Under the pieces are notes generated by a model that saw nothing but the letters and a program-made list of their open reading frames with translations, had not been told where the DNA came from and did not search any database. The position numbers and the translations under genes were made by a program. A stretch of 61,881 nucleotides of DNA, the filler included, from Piptocephalis cylindrospora (Eukaryota), in the NCBI GenBank assembly GCA_003614145.1. It is 22 parts of 22 records of this genome, joined end to end, with 100 filler letters (N's around TTAATTAATTAA, not from the genome) between each part and the next. Parts side by side here need not be neighbours in the genome. Positions count along the whole stretch, not along the records: positions 1 to 2,756 come from KZ988861.1; positions 2,857 to 5,608 come from KZ988862.1; positions 5,709 to 8,460 come from KZ988863.1; positions 8,561 to 11,304 come from KZ988864.1; positions 11,405 to 14,146 come from KZ988865.1; 17 more parts are not named here. One strand, written 5' to 3'. Positions 1 to 12,703 of this stretch are shown here, in pieces; positions within the stretch are counted from its first letter, which is position 1; the number at the start of each line of letters is the position of its first letter.

Positions 1-577
1 CCCATTTCTTTCTATACAGTGATTGATGGATCATGAAGAAAGAGGTATAAGGATGAAAAAGGGCAGTCAGGTATCCATGCTGGACCCGTACAATGGATCG
101 ACGGTAGCTGGTTTATGATCTGCGCACTATGATCCACTCGTCCCGCCCATCTATGGGCGAGAGATAAGGACGTGCCATCTAAATAGGATATAGGCTCTTT
201 CCAGAAGAAAAAATATATCGAGAGCACAGGTAAAAAGGGTCAACCTTTAAGGTTTTATTCTAAGGAAAAAAAAGAAGATATACAGTCATCGTAGACATGT
301 GAATGTAGAAGAGAAGGGTTGAGGAGAGGATGAATACGACATGCCTTGTCCAACCACCTCCTTTTTACTGTCCTATCCATCCATATCCATCTTTGCTGCT
401 CTCATGTCTCTTTGCGGAGTACTAGGGGAGAGAGAGAGAGTGCAAAAAAGAGAGAAAAGGGAAGGGAGGGAGGAGGGGGAGGGAGAGGGATGGTAGCATC
501 ATCAAGACACTTCTCCACTGCAATCCATCCACTTGGCCACTATGGTCCTTGCCCATAAGGACCTATCCACCAAACAA

Positions 578-2174
578 TCAAGGACTATGTGTTGGCCTCT
601 GGCCTATAAAGATATGTCCAGTGACCTCGACTGACCTGACCGTCTCCTGGCCCTCTAGGGTCTCTCGTCCGTCACACATATCCGATCCCTCCCCGGCGGC
701 AAAGGCCAAGTCGCTGATCTCATACAAGCACTGGGCCCACTCATCCCGTGAGCAAATGCCCCAGTGAACACACATGTCCCGGAGCCCACCGACCCCATGC
801 CAGGATTGCTCCAAGGATTTCCAGGTAAGTTGGCCCACTACTCCTGGACCCACAGTCAGCCGAATTTCCCTGGATTGCATTGAGGTAAAGCCAGCCTCTC
901 TCATGATTCTGTATAACTCATCAACCCATGGATCACAGGGGGCGGAGGAAAGGGAGAGGGAATCATCCCCCTCGGGGATGCATCCATCATCAAATCCCAG
1001 AATCCCCTGTCGTCGACATACTCGTCGGATCCATCCATTTAACTTTCGGATTGCCGGGGACTCAGAGGACGTGGTAGGCTGATGAAGGAGAGTCACCCCC
1101 ATCTCAATTACCTCCATCCAGCCGCGAGGTTCAAGGGCCATGTATGCCTCGTGCAGCATCCCACGGTATGTGTCAGCATCAATCGTCGGGAGCTGTAGGG
1201 CAATGCGACACAAGGAAAAGGAGTTGGGCTGGGTTGGGAAAGGACGATCTACCAGGGTATGACCCTTGAACCGGACATTGCCTGGAGCATACTGCTCGTT
1301 GAATAAGGCTGGAGTGGGCCAATCTATGCCGAGAAATTGGCATTGTGGGTAATCCTGAGCCATTTCCTAGAGAGAATGAAGGGAGATGAGTGAATTTGGA
1401 AAGGGTGGCAGTGCTTTCCTCCTGCTTCCCCCCCCTCCTCATGCACACACTTACCCTGAGCCAAATGCCTGTCCCGCACCCAATGTGCAGGATGCTTTGG
1501 GGCTGGTCCAGATGGACAAAGTGGTTCCTTCGAAGGGTATACCGAAGAATGTTGTGCTGCAATTCCAGCTTCTCTGTTTCCTCATCCAGGAGGAGATTGA
1601 CTGGTACAGAACCCCAACGGGGTGTGCATGACGTGTCCGGCACAGTAAGGGTCATACAGGTGGATTGGAGGGAGGGCGAGGAGGGCCGAGCTCCCGACCT
1701 GCCCGTGAGACTTAGGGCCCTACGTAATGTCCGGGGTATCCGATGGGATGCGGAATGCACCGGGGAAGCAGAGGCATGGGAGGCAAGGGTATGAGTCTGG
1801 GTCTCGGGGTACATGCCCGTCATTGGAATCTCCAAGTTCATTGATCGGTGTGAAGTGGCTAGTGGTACACCTTGGATGGATGACATGGAGACTGGGGTGG
1901 TGGGGGATGGAGTGGTCGGAGTGCTGGGTGGGGAGGCGGTGGAGGAAGAAGATGGGCGAAAAAGGAGGATTTTGGAGGATTTTCGTCGAATCTTTTGCGC
2001 AGTGGTCTCTGGAGCCACAGCCGTTGTCGTGGCCACTGAATGATGTGACAAGGAAAAGAGGATGGAGGATCCCGAGGAGATGGATCGACGACTGGAGTGT
2101 GAAGTGAGTGCGGGTGGTTCCAGACGAGAAGAATGGGCCTTGCGGGAGCGAAGCCGTGAGTGTTTTTGACCCAT
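578..2174 (-). CDS. Class I SAM-dependent methyltransferase, LaeA-like/TAM type (2 exons: 2174-1455, 1366-578)
   Basis: Removing GT-AG intron 1454-1367 joins ILHIGCGTGIWLR to EMAQDYPQCQFLGID. Upstream LELQHNILR and downstream LEPRGWMEVIE motifs are typical of the fungal LaeA-like family. Long Ser/Pro-rich N-terminal extension. Confidence 0.85.
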
Positions 2175-2756
2175 GTCAATGGATGAATGATACTCTCTCG
2201 AGGAATGACAAAGAGAGAGGAAAGGAAGAGGAGAGAGGCAAGGATTTAAAGAGGCGATGCACTTTTAGTATAAATCCTGGTGGATATGGGACGATAGTGA
2301 ACAAGGTACGAATGGAGAGAATAAGAGGGAAAGAGGGAGAGAGAGGGAATGGACGGCAACGGCAACGAATAAGGATTTCGTTGTTATAGGCAGGATAAGG
2401 GCACACTGAACATGAAAAGAAGGGACAAAGATGATGAGGTAAAGAGGGGTGCTTCAATGCCGGCTCAATGATCCCTTCCATCCTTTTATGCCATTAGCGA
2501 TCATAGCCGAGAAAGGGCAGGGGATGACATGCTCCTTCTCCCTCTCCAACACCCAGGCCAAAGATCAGTGTGTGGGTAAGGAAAGGGTCTCATAGGCCGA
2601 CTAGTCGGAGTCTCGTTCACAATGACCAAGGATGTGGTGGCATCATGGTCGGGAGGAGTAAAAAGTCCAGCTTGGACTATTCTTGGCTCTTGGCAAAGAG
2701 TTCAAGGAGGGGGTGGCGGGGGAGGGTTGATACTTCCCTGAGCCCCTCCCCCCCTT

Positions 2757-2856
2757 NNNNNNNNNNNNNNNNNNNNNNNNNNNNNNNNNNNNNNNNNNNN
2801 TTAATTAATTAANNNNNNNNNNNNNNNNNNNNNNNNNNNNNNNNNNNNNNNNNNNN
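2757..2856. other. Artificial contig spacer (44 N + TTAATTAATTAA + 44 N), 21 copies in the window
   Basis: Identical 100-nt linker with stops in all six frames, starting at 2757, 5609, 8461, 11305, 14147, 16984, 19821, 22655, 25485, 28313, 31137, 33956, 36775, 39589, 42397, 45204, 48007, 50810, 53609, 56405 and 59089. It explains the XXXXLIN ends in the ORF track. Confidence 0.99.
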
Positions 2857-5608
2857 CTTGCCATTCTCGCCCTCTTCCCCCTCACCTTCTATTTTCCCTT
2901 TACCTTACACCGTCTGGTTCGAGCCAACCTACCGGTTGTGTCCTGGTATGATTCTGATGGCCGCATGGTTCGGGACTTGGATGCCCATTATCGAAAGGCC
3001 TTAGCCAAGGACCGGTGCCCTTATAGCTTTCTCTATGCTTCCTATAGTTACGATTGGTCTGGGTATAAGGTCTTCATCATGGCTGCCAAGTTTCTGGCCG
3101 TCGTCGTCGTTGTTGTTGTCAGTAAGGACAATTGCCTCCTACGTCACCATCCTCGGCATATCATTGAGGCCATCCGCCAGGGTCTCCTCATCTTTCTCAC
3201 TTCCATTTTCCTCCTTGTTCACTGGAGGTTCTCTCCTTACCTCACCCGAGAGGAAAACCTCTCTCAGACCTGGTCCAGGGGCACCCAGGTCTTTACATCC
3301 ATCCTCCTCCTCCCGTATGTTCTGGGCCATGGAACTTCTGTTATCCCCATTCTTCTCATCGTGAGCACTAGTCTGGCCGGGGTCATCATTGCCTACTACA
3401 TCTTACGAGGCATGAATTTGCCCAGAGTGTGGTTCAAGCGTATCTTTCGGCGACTCTCCTACGAAGAATCCCTCTTTTCCTCCCCGTATCTCCGGGGCGA
3501 TGAGGGGCATGAAAAGGTCAAAGGCGCTGGAGAGGAGACGAGGGAGGAGGGGGAGATGAGGAGGAGGGTACGACATCGAGTATGGCAGGAATCCTGGGCT
3601 GCCCTTATCTTATGCCTCCGAGAACTCCGACTTCCTCGAGATCTTCAAAAGGAGGGTCAGCTTCCTTTCCTGGAAAGTCCATCTGGTCGGGCCCCTTACC
3701 TTTTGGCCTTTGAAGGAACTGTAGCCGAGAGATTCCTAGAAAATGCCCGAATTCTACGACATATCGGTCTTCGAGCCTACCTCCGAGCCCTACAGGAGGA
3801 CGGAAAGGGCTCAGGTCAAGGAGAGCGAGAGGCCAGATTGAGGGAACGGGTTATGGATGAAATTGTCGGGCCCGATGTGTACTACCGAGCTCCCTTTCTA
3901 GCCATGGCTGAGGATGAGGAGGAAGAGGGGAGAAACCATGGATCGAGGTCGATGAAAGGGCGGACCCGAGGAGGGCCTGAATCCTCTGGACCAGCCTCTG
4001 CGGGAGGAGTCACCCTCAGCACCATCACCGTGGCTGGGTCCGAGGTGGGAGGGGGCGCTCCGGCTCCTCAGCCCATCCTCTCCCGTCTCTTCTGTCTCCC
4101 AAGCTGGAAGGGGAGGAAGGGGGCTAGGCGTCGGGCACTCAAATCCTTCTGGGGCAAGGCTTACGTCATCCCCTTTCCTTGGTGTGTGGTCATTGTATAT
4201 GATGAGGATGCCGAGGTCATGTGTACGCTCAGTGACCCTGAGGCCTTGGAGTCTCTCCTACGGGAAAATCGACGTCGGGAGGTAGAGGAAGAGAGGGTGG
4301 TGAGAAGAAAGCTACGGGCCCTGGACAACCAGATCATTCGTCTTCCTTCCACCGTGACCTCTGCGGACAAAGAGGAGGTATGGGCCAAGTTACGGATATG
4401 GCGGATCAGTGCCTCCACCTGGCAGGGTCAGAATATGAATGCTGGTTTCCAACTTCGACTTATCTTGGATCCTTCTTCCTTTGGTCCCAGGTCCTCAGGG
4501 GATATACGGGGGATGGAAGAAGGAGAAGGGATTGGAGCTGAAGGAAGTGGAACCCTCCTTGAGCCCGAAAAACCTACCTCCCCCCGGGATAAGTCCAGCT
4601 CCCCCGCTCCGCCCTATCCAGAGGCTGAGGTGTCATCTTCAAACCCCCAGGAAGGAGAGCAGGGGATGGGCAGGTGGAAAAAGCGGAACTTACTCAAGAT
4701 GTGGTACAAGGAAAAAGAGATGATCCTTAATGTGACTGAGTATGGTCTACCTCCTTTTGGTCGCTACAACTCCACTCCACAGATTGAGGCCATTTTTGCG
4801 GCCAATGAGGCTATCATTGATCGGGAGCTTGTTCGAGTCTACCAGGACATCTCTTACTATCGGGCCCACTGGAAAGATGAGGCTCGAAGGAAGCGCTCCA
4901 CCCTCTCTTACACTTTCACCCCGGGAATCTACGGGAACGAAGGAATTGATCGGGCCCAGCTTGTTCGGTACCTCGAGTCCACTGAATGGGCCGAAAGCTC
5001 CCTGGAAGAGCCTGGCCAGAAGCGACGAGGAAGAAAACGGGGCGGTACTCGGGCCTTCACCGCTGTAGGCGGGGACCCTGCTCTTTCTGGCGGACGGGAT
5101 AAAACCCCTCCAGGGATAGAAGAAGGGTCAGGGCCAGCAGGAGGGGGACCCATGCAGAACTTGGTCCGACACCGACCATGGGAGACAGAGGCCCTCTTTG
5201 GGAGGATGGAGTGGATTCGAACGTCAGCGCTTCACCGGACCTGGTATGTGGTGTGGGATGAGGTGTGGAGGTATAATTGGTCAGATATCCCCTCGCTACG
5301 TCGGTATCCCCAGCACTTTTCCCCCTACTACCCTACTTCCCTATGCTATCGGCCCATGTCTCGTCGACGACTTGAGGCTTACCTTGGAGATCATCACGTT
5401 CCAGGCTGGAGACAACGATATCTTGGGATGGCTCACTGGGGCTACGTCCATTCTGGTTTTCTCAACCGTCTGTACTCTCTACTTCACACTGCGTGGATGG
5501 CTGAATGGAAGGAGAAGGAGGAGGGTAGAGGAGGCAGGGATCAAGACGAGGAGGGGGAGGGGGGAGATGTAGAAGGCCTGGGGATGGTGCCTATGGCCAT
5601 GCCTGAAG
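2857..5608 (+). CDS. Large uncharacterised multi-pass membrane protein (partial at both ends)
   Basis: Frame open across the whole contig (>900 codons). Several hydrophobic helices follow a PYSFLYASY motif reminiscent of TRP-like C-terminal membrane domains, then a long soluble region. Family not recognised. Confidence 0.75.
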
Positions 5609-6767
5609 NNNNNNNNNNNNNNNNNNNNNNNNNNNNNNNNNNNNNNNNNNNNTTAATTAATTAANNNNNNNNNNNNNNNNNNNNNNNNNNNNNNNNNNNN
5701 NNNNNNNNGAGGGAAGATCAATGATCATGGAACGCTTTCTTTTTTTTTCCTTGTTTTACCCCGGCCATGGATCTCTTGTCCATCACAAGGTATCCATCAT
5801 TTTATGTATGAATGAGAGGGAGGGAGGGAGGGATGGACCATGATATATAGAGGATCCTTTTCCATCCACAGTCTGCTAGCTCTACACAGTATCTTGACAT
5901 TGGAGATGAAGCAAACCGCGATAATAGGGGGGTAAAACATATGAAAAAAGATCTCTTTTTGATTCCCGCTCCATTCCTCACCATCCCGGTCTTAAATGTG
6001 CCCCTTCCTCTGTCCTACACATGCAAGCAAGGACAGAGGGAAATGCGATGGTATCCCTCCTAGCCGATATCTCTTCCACTTAGAATCCCCTCATCCTCAC
6101 TTGGTCACTCTCATCCAACTCCATCCTCCCCCTCGGCCATGACGACAATGTCAGGAGAAGAGGGGGAAAAAAAAGAGAGAGATGGGACGCCCTACCTCGG
6201 AGCCTGGATATCCAACTACTCGTCCCATCCACCTCATCGCCTCTAGACCAAAGCCGTACCTCTACAGAAAAACCCCTCCCCAAGCGGTATCACATACCCT
6301 TGTCCATGGGTACTGGAGCTCACCATCCTCGTCCTCATCTGCATCGTCATCACCACAACAGTCACACCATCTTCACATCATCATCCTCCTCATCTCCCCT
6401 CCCACAGGCAAGGGAGGAAAGAAGGAGGGTAGGGGGGAGGGGGGGGGGGGGGGGGGGGGGGAGAGGAAGAAAGATAAAAAAAAGGACAAGGAGTCACAAA
6501 GAAGATGGGCCCACCATCCCTACACTCCCCCCACATTTTATCATCATCATCATCATCATCAGCATCGGACCAGGCAGCACCCACCAGGACTTTTCAGCGT
6601 CTCCCCCTCCCTACGTTCCTCGCCAAAAAAGAAAAGAAACAGAGCCGTCTCAGGGATCTCGGGTGTGGAGAGAAGGAGAGAAAGGGAGAAAGAAGGGAAT
6701 TTCCTAGCTCTTCGTCCCATCCCCTCCCACCCATCCTTCCACACACAGAGAGATGCACCTGGGTTCC

Positions 6768-7459
6768 TTACGAGTAAAAGCCGTAACGATCCCCTCCTGC
6801 TCCACTGGGACCAGGACCGGGGCCGGCACCACCAGCTCCACCACTGGCACCTCCATTGACCTCCCGATCAGATTGTCTCATCAGGATACTCTTGTACCCT
6901 GGGTTGGGGGAGGGACCCCGATGGCCTGGGGGGACACCGGAACCTGGGACTCGACGGGAGTTGTTGGAGGGACCAGGCATCCGACTGGTTCCATGACCGG
7001 GGGGGGCGGGACGATGGGGATGGGAGTTGAGGAACTCATCCTCGCCAAGGACCTTCCTTCGTCCAGGGACGCCACCGGTTGTGGCAAGGGATCCGGCCTC
7101 GACCATCATGCCGCCACGTCCAGTCTGGGGCATACGACCACTGGGGCCGGCGGCAGGGGAGTTCTTGAGACGAAGACCATGGTCCGCACCCCTGGGGGTG
7201 GAGCCGGCGCCGGCAGCGGGGGTGGGGGCAGGGCGTTGACCCTGTTGATGAGCGCCCTTGACCTCCTTTTCGTACTTGAAGATGGTCCAGTCAAAGACGT
7301 AATCGTACTGGAAGCCCTCTCGGACAAAGAGGTCGCGGAAGAGCTTACGGAGGTAGGAATAATCGGGTTTATCGTCGAAGCGAAGGGAGCGGGAATAGTT
7401 CAGGTAGATGGCAAACTCATTGGGGAAGGCACGGCAGAGAAGTTCGGTGGGGGAGAACA

Positions 7460-7460
<1 letters not shown>
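6768..7460 (-). CDS. HRR25: Casein kinase I (Hrr25/Hhp1 type), C-terminal fragment only
   Basis: [55 protein letters not shown] is the end of the CK1 kinase domain. The Gly/Pro-rich tail lacks the terminal Cys-Cys of Yck-type kinases. The rest of the kinase domain is missing upstream. Confidence 0.85.

Positions 7461-7462
<2 letters not shown>

Positions 7463-7502
<40 letters not shown>
7463..7502. repeat. (GT)n microsatellite
   Basis: About 20 GT units with one interruption, directly abutting the CK1 fragment. Confidence 0.95.
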
Positions 7503-7503
<1 letters not shown>

Positions 7504-8101
7504 GGGTGAGGAATGTGAGAGGGATGAGGAGTGCTGTTGTGACTCACCGAGATACTCTTCCTACTCCTCTCCCCGCGCCCATCCCAACAAAACAAGACAC
7601 AGCACACATACGCTGTCATATTGATTCAGGGCTGGATGACATGCTACTGCTGGTGTTGAATGGGATGAGGATGGGGATGGGGATAGGGATGGAGAGGGGG
7701 GAGGGAGAAAGGTGGTGCAAGGGAAGATGATATGGGAAAGGACGCACACATCCATGTACCCTATAAGCAATCTATATTGAGCTGCTGCACCCGTTTCCGT
7801 TCCATGCTGTCCCTTTGTGTGCGGTTTTAATTGGGAATACGGATGTTGTGGGCTGGAGGGAAAAGGGTCACTCGTCTGGTCAGTGAGGATAGGGCAAAGG
7901 ACCATCTGTGGGGGAGAATGTCCCTTCTATTCCCCTCTCCCTCCTTCCGTGGAGATGCCCCATACCCCATAAAGCTCATGGGAACAGAGACAGACTTTGC
8001 AAAAGGAAAGAAATGTCTATAAGAAGAGATGTGGCTTAAAAAACCATGACGGACGATTGAGTAATCATTATCCTACATTCACCCATCCCGCCTTCCCTCC
8101 G

Positions 8102-8134
<33 letters not shown>

Positions 8135-8904
8135 GCACACGGTAACCCAGGAGCAATGGAGGAGCGTTGATGTGACACGAAGAAAGATGATCATCCTATT
8201 CTCAGGGAGATACTCATTTCCTCACGCGTCGGTCAAGGAAGGGTAGGATATCTATCGCAGAGCCCCCCATCCTGAATGGGGACCATGAATCAACGAGCAG
8301 ACGTGACAAGGGTTGATGACGAGTAGAATGGGGGAGGGGGGGGGGGGGGGGGGGGGGGGGGGCGGGTCTCTGGGGGAAAGAAGAGGGGGAAATAAGAGAA
8401 AAACATACAGGTGTTGAAAAAAAAAACAATTCTTGCGGTGGGGAAGTGTGCTGGTGTAGGNNNNNNNNNNNNNNNNNNNNNNNNNNNNNNNNNNNNNNNN
8501 NNNNTTAATTAATTAANNNNNNNNNNNNNNNNNNNNNNNNNNNNNNNNNNNNNNNNNNNNCATGGCCTTTATGCATAACAACTAATGGCCTTGGGGAGCT
8601 CCCGATTCATGACCGATGAGCCTGAGGCCTGGTTAAACTAGACAGCTCCACATCCGCCGTATGACCCCTCTTGATCCGCGGTATTCAATCCAATTTTTAA
8701 AGCCGAAAAAAAAGCAAAAAAGAGCAACACGCACTTTTCTGCTTCCGAGAGGCAGCTCCTGGGCTGCCCACCCGGACTAATCAACCAGTAAAGCTCGGTC
8801 TTTGCCCCCCCCTCATTACCCGAATCAAGCCCACCGCTTGACTTTCTCCTGCTTTCACCCCCGATCACTTATTCCTCCTCCTCTGTCCTATCATTCTCGT
8901 CGAC

Positions 8905-10320
8905 ATGTTGACCCGCACTGTGCCTTCCCTTTGCACTGGTTCCAGCCAGGTAACTGCCCGGGCCCTTGGCCTTCGGTGGGCTGCCCGCCGGGTTAATCCC
9001 TCGGCTCTCTACCACGTTGGCAGCCGGGCTACCCAGAGGCTCGCTACCCCCAAGGCCACTAGTGCCATGGCCCGACCCGGTCTCGCCCTGTCTCAGACCT
9101 CCCGTAGGTACGCCTCGGACGGGTCCAAGTACATTCGTGCCAAGCCCCACGTCAATATTGGAACGATTGGTCATGTTGATCACGGAAAGACCACGCTGAC
9201 GGCAGCCATCACCAAGACCCTGGCTCTATCCGGGGGAGCCAAGTTCAAGGATTACGCCGAAATTGATCGAGCCCCTGAGGAACGGGCCCGTGGAATTACC
9301 ATCTCTACGGCGCACGTCGAGTACGAGACCGAGGCTCGTCATTACGCTCACGTTGATTGCCCCGGACATGCGGATTACATCAAGAACATGATCACGGGAG
9401 CTGCACAGATGGACGGAGCCATCATTGTGGTCAGTGCCACTGATGGACAGATGCCCCAGACTCGGGAACATCTCCTGCTCGCTCGTCAGGTGGGTGTGGA
9501 GCATCTCGTGGTGTTTGTGAACAAGTGTGATGCCGTCGATGATCCCGAGATGCTCGAGCTGGTGGAGATGGAGATGCGCGAGCTCCTCAATGAGTACGGT
9601 TTCCAGGGCGATGATGTCCCCGTCATCCTTGGCTCTGCCCTGTGTGCCCTCGAGGGCCGGAACACGGAGGTGGGTGAGGATAAGATTGTGGAGTTGATGA
9701 AGGCTGTGGACTCGTTTATCCCCACGCCCAAGCGTGATTTGGACAAGCCCTTCCTCATGCCGATTGAGGATGTCTTCTCCATCTCCGGCCGTGGTACCGT
9801 GGCTACTGGCCGTGTGGAGCGCGGAACCATCACCAAGGGCTCTGAGATAGAGATTGTCGGGATGGGCGCACCCTCCAAGACCACTCTGACTGGGATTGAG
9901 ATGTTCCACAAGGAGCTAGATCGTGGTGAGGCTGGAGACAACATGGGCGCCCTGCTTCGTGGTTTGAAGCGGGATGAACTCCGTCGTGGTCAAGTTCTCG
10001 CGGCCCCTGGATCAATCCACAGCCACAAGCGCTTCATGGCCCAGCTTTACATCCTTTCCAAGGATGAGGGTGGACGGCACACCCCCTTTGTCAACAATTA
10101 CAAGCCCCAGATGTTTGTCCGGACCAGCGATATCACCGTGAAGCTCACTTGGCCCGAGCAGGAGGCCATTGAGGAGGGTCGCATGGTCATGCCCGGGGAG
10201 AACGTTCTCCTTCAGGGTGAGCTCGTCCATGATATTGCCCTGGAGAAGGGGCTTCGTTTCACCATCCGTGAGGGTGGTAAGACTGTCGGTACCGGTGTGG
10301 TCACCGAAATCCTCGAGTAA
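8905..10320 (+). CDS. TUF1: Mitochondrial translation elongation factor EF-Tu
   Basis: Intronless 471-aa ORF with [22 protein letters not shown] and NKCD GTPase motifs. About 70-aa Arg/Ala/Ser-rich presequence with no acidic residues before the mature domain. Confidence 0.97.
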   Translation: MLTRTVPSLCTGSSQVTARALGLRWAARRVNPSALYHVGSRATQRLATPKATSAMARPGLALSQTSRRYASDGSKYIRAKPHVNIGTIGHVDHGKTTLTAAITKTLALSGGAKFKDYAEIDRAPEERARGITISTAHVEYETEARHYAHVDCPGHADYIKNMITGAAQMDGAIIVVSATDGQMPQTREHLLLARQVGVEHLVVFVNKCDAVDDPEMLELVEMEMRELLNEYGFQGDDVPVILGSALCALEGRNTEVGEDKIVELMKAVDSFIPTPKRDLDKPFLMPIEDVFSISGRGTVATGRVERGTITKGSEIEIVGMGAPSKTTLTGIEMFHKELDRGEAGDNMGALLRGLKRDELRRGQVLAAPGSIHSHKRFMAQLYILSKDEGGRHTPFVNNYKPQMFVRTSDITVKLTWPEQEAIEEGRMVMPGENVLLQGELVHDIALEKGLRFTIREGGKTVGTGVVTEILE

Positions 10321-11479
10321 GACCAGGGAGATAGGGTATGAGATGGGCTGACCCCTACTTTGGAGAATGATTAGGCAATGGAATGAGGAAGAAAGATGAA
10401 AATATAGGGGATGGAGGTTGAAGAATACATTGATTTCGGTTGAGTGATACAATGATCAAGAATGGTGGAGGTGTAATCTGATTCTTGCAGCAACAATGGA
10501 CTATCTGTCCTCCTGGCTATCTCTTTCGGGGGGGGGGGGGGGAGAACAAATTATGGAAAAAAAAGACCCCCTTTCACCCCAGGGTGTTTAACTTCTTCTT
10601 CCTCAAAANNNNNNNNNNCGAAAAGCGATCGCGAGAGGTTCCAAAAGCTATTGCATCTAGAAGGAGGAGGGGACAGGTCGATGTGATGCGTGTGTATTTG
10701 CCCATGTATGGAAAGTACGACTCCATTCTACCCCGAGGCTTGTATACGCTTCATCCGATAGACATTCATTAAGAGACACCATCACATCATTCTTCCCTAT
10801 TCTATTCTTCTCATCTCCTTTCTCCTTCAATGACTGGTTACAAAAAAATACGAGCTGGTGAACACAACGAATGAATGAGGGAGATGGGGCAATGATTGAT
10901 CATCCCACACGTCACGGAACGCACTAGAATGGTACTGCTCCCTCCCATTCCCCCCTCTTGCATCTCGGCTATAAGCACAAGCGACGAAGTGCATTGGGCC
11001 CACAAATAGAGCAGGAAAATGCTCCCATGTTCACCTGCATGAACACCTGCTCAGCTCCAGTTCCTCCTTCTCGGTCAAGAGAAGAGCGCCCTGACGAGGT
11101 GAAGGCTTCACAGTTAAAAGATGATCCGTTCATAGCCCATTCCTCATCGTGCATGCCCCCTCTTAAAAAGATGCTGATACTTGGGGCTTGATCCATCCAG
11201 GGTGCTCCACATCGGACCATGTCCATCTCCCACATTGAGTGCCTTCTCCAGCCACTACTGACCTACTCACAAAAAGGTCATTGAAAATGGCATACATTGT
11301 CTCTNNNNNNNNNNNNNNNNNNNNNNNNNNNNNNNNNNNNNNNNNNNNTTAATTAATTAANNNNNNNNNNNNNNNNNNNNNNNNNNNNNNNNNNNNNNNN
11401 NNNNGGAAGGGGAGAGGAGAAAGGGTCACTTTTACGGCTCCTACGACGACACACACGCCCTAGAAGAAGGAGAACGAAC

Positions 11480-12149
11480 CATGCGGACCCCTTCTCGGAT
11501 GACCCGGTCTTCCCGTTCGGTAAAACATCGAACAGTCCTTGCAGCCGGTGATTTCGAGCCCGATAAAGGAGAATGAAGGATGGAATGGGCGGGGGACTGA
11601 GGGGAGGAGGAGGAAGTGGTCCTATTGGGGGTGGAATACCACCACATGGACTGTGAGGGTAAGGGTGGGATGAGGGAGGAAGCAGTGGCGTGAATGGAGT
11701 CCTTGAGCTCCCTTTCCTCCTCAGGCTCCATATCCTCCATGCCCTGGGAGAGGAGTCTATCGCGATACCTATCAAATTCCTTTGGATAGGCGAGACGAAA
11801 CCTAGGGCGGGAAAAGGAAAGATGAGTATGAAAGGGGGGGCTGGATCCATGCTAGAATCGGAGAGTGCAGTGCATACTGATGGTACAAGTCGACGGTGGA
11901 AAAGACATCCAGGCCTAGCTCTTCATCCAGTCTCATGGCGCCCCAAGCGCCTACGCCATACTAGAGAGGGGAGTGGTGAGAAAGGATGACGTATGAGAAA
12001 AGGGCAGGGACAAATGCTCAAGCTACCTTGAGAATACCCTTGGCAAGAGATTGGTAGGGCTTTCCGCTCCAGTGGGCGTCTGCCTTGCTGTTGGTCTGGG
12101 CCGTCTTTAAGGCCCTTTGGGTAGAGGTGCTTGAATGCTCTGTTGTCAT
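11480..12149 (-). CDS. Tandem Myb/telobox protein, Tay1/Teb1-like (exons 12149-12027, 11960-11878, 11801-11480; 3' truncated)
   Basis: Removing GT-AG introns of 66 and 76 nt gives WSGKPYQSLAKGILKYGVGAWGAMRLDEELGLDVFSTVDLYHQFRLAYPKEF (Myb 1), and later RTVRCFTEREDRVIREGVRM (start of Myb 2) before a third intron cut by the contig end. Confidence 0.7.
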
Positions 12150-12703
12150 GTGGGAAGGGAGAGGAGGGGAGGGATGTGCAGTGATGTGATGAGTTAAAGA
12201 GACGAGAGGACCATGTCGGCCAAGATGGAAGAAAGCAATGTTGATGTGATGTATCCAAAGGGTAACAACAGATGTGATGTGGAGAGTCAAAAGACGCGCT
12301 CACTCGATCCACCGAGCGTGGAACGCGTGCCTACTCCGCCATGGTTCGGATTCAAGATGCCCTTCTGATCCTTGCTGATGTGCTAGTGCAAATGACCACT
12401 CTGATCATTCCTGTCGTCCATGGGTAAGTGGCCTTTTCTTTCTTTTCTTTTTTTAGAAGCACCGAGTGGAGATCATCCTGTCTAGAGTGATGAACCCATA
12501 TGATCAGTGAGTGACGCCAAGAGATGGATTTGGGTTGGGTGAATAGAGCAGGTTGAAGTCTCTTGCCCAGCCTGTTTCTTTCACCGACATCTCCATCACC
12601 CTCGAGAGAGCATCCCCACCTCCACTTCCGTCCCCCTCAAGGGAGCACCTCCATGACAACGCATTCCTAACTGAAAAAAAACTACATTCACGCTCTTCAC
12701 CAT

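Noticed and set aside
2801..2812. Regularly spaced TTAATTAATTAA palindrome as a CRISPR-like or regulatory array
   Set aside because: It is always embedded in 44-N pads and is a synthetic six-frame stop linker.
9226..9944. Long antisense ORFs over TUF1 (similar ones over the ABCA, GT49, fumarate reductase, HSH49 and DnaJ genes)
   Set aside because: Shadow ORFs expected from GC-rich codon bias of the sense gene; no motifs of their own.
8905..10320. Intronless bacterial-like EF-Tu as contamination or horizontal transfer
   Set aside because: It has a long mitochondrial presequence and the same compositional style as neighbouring fungal genes; ordinary TUF1.
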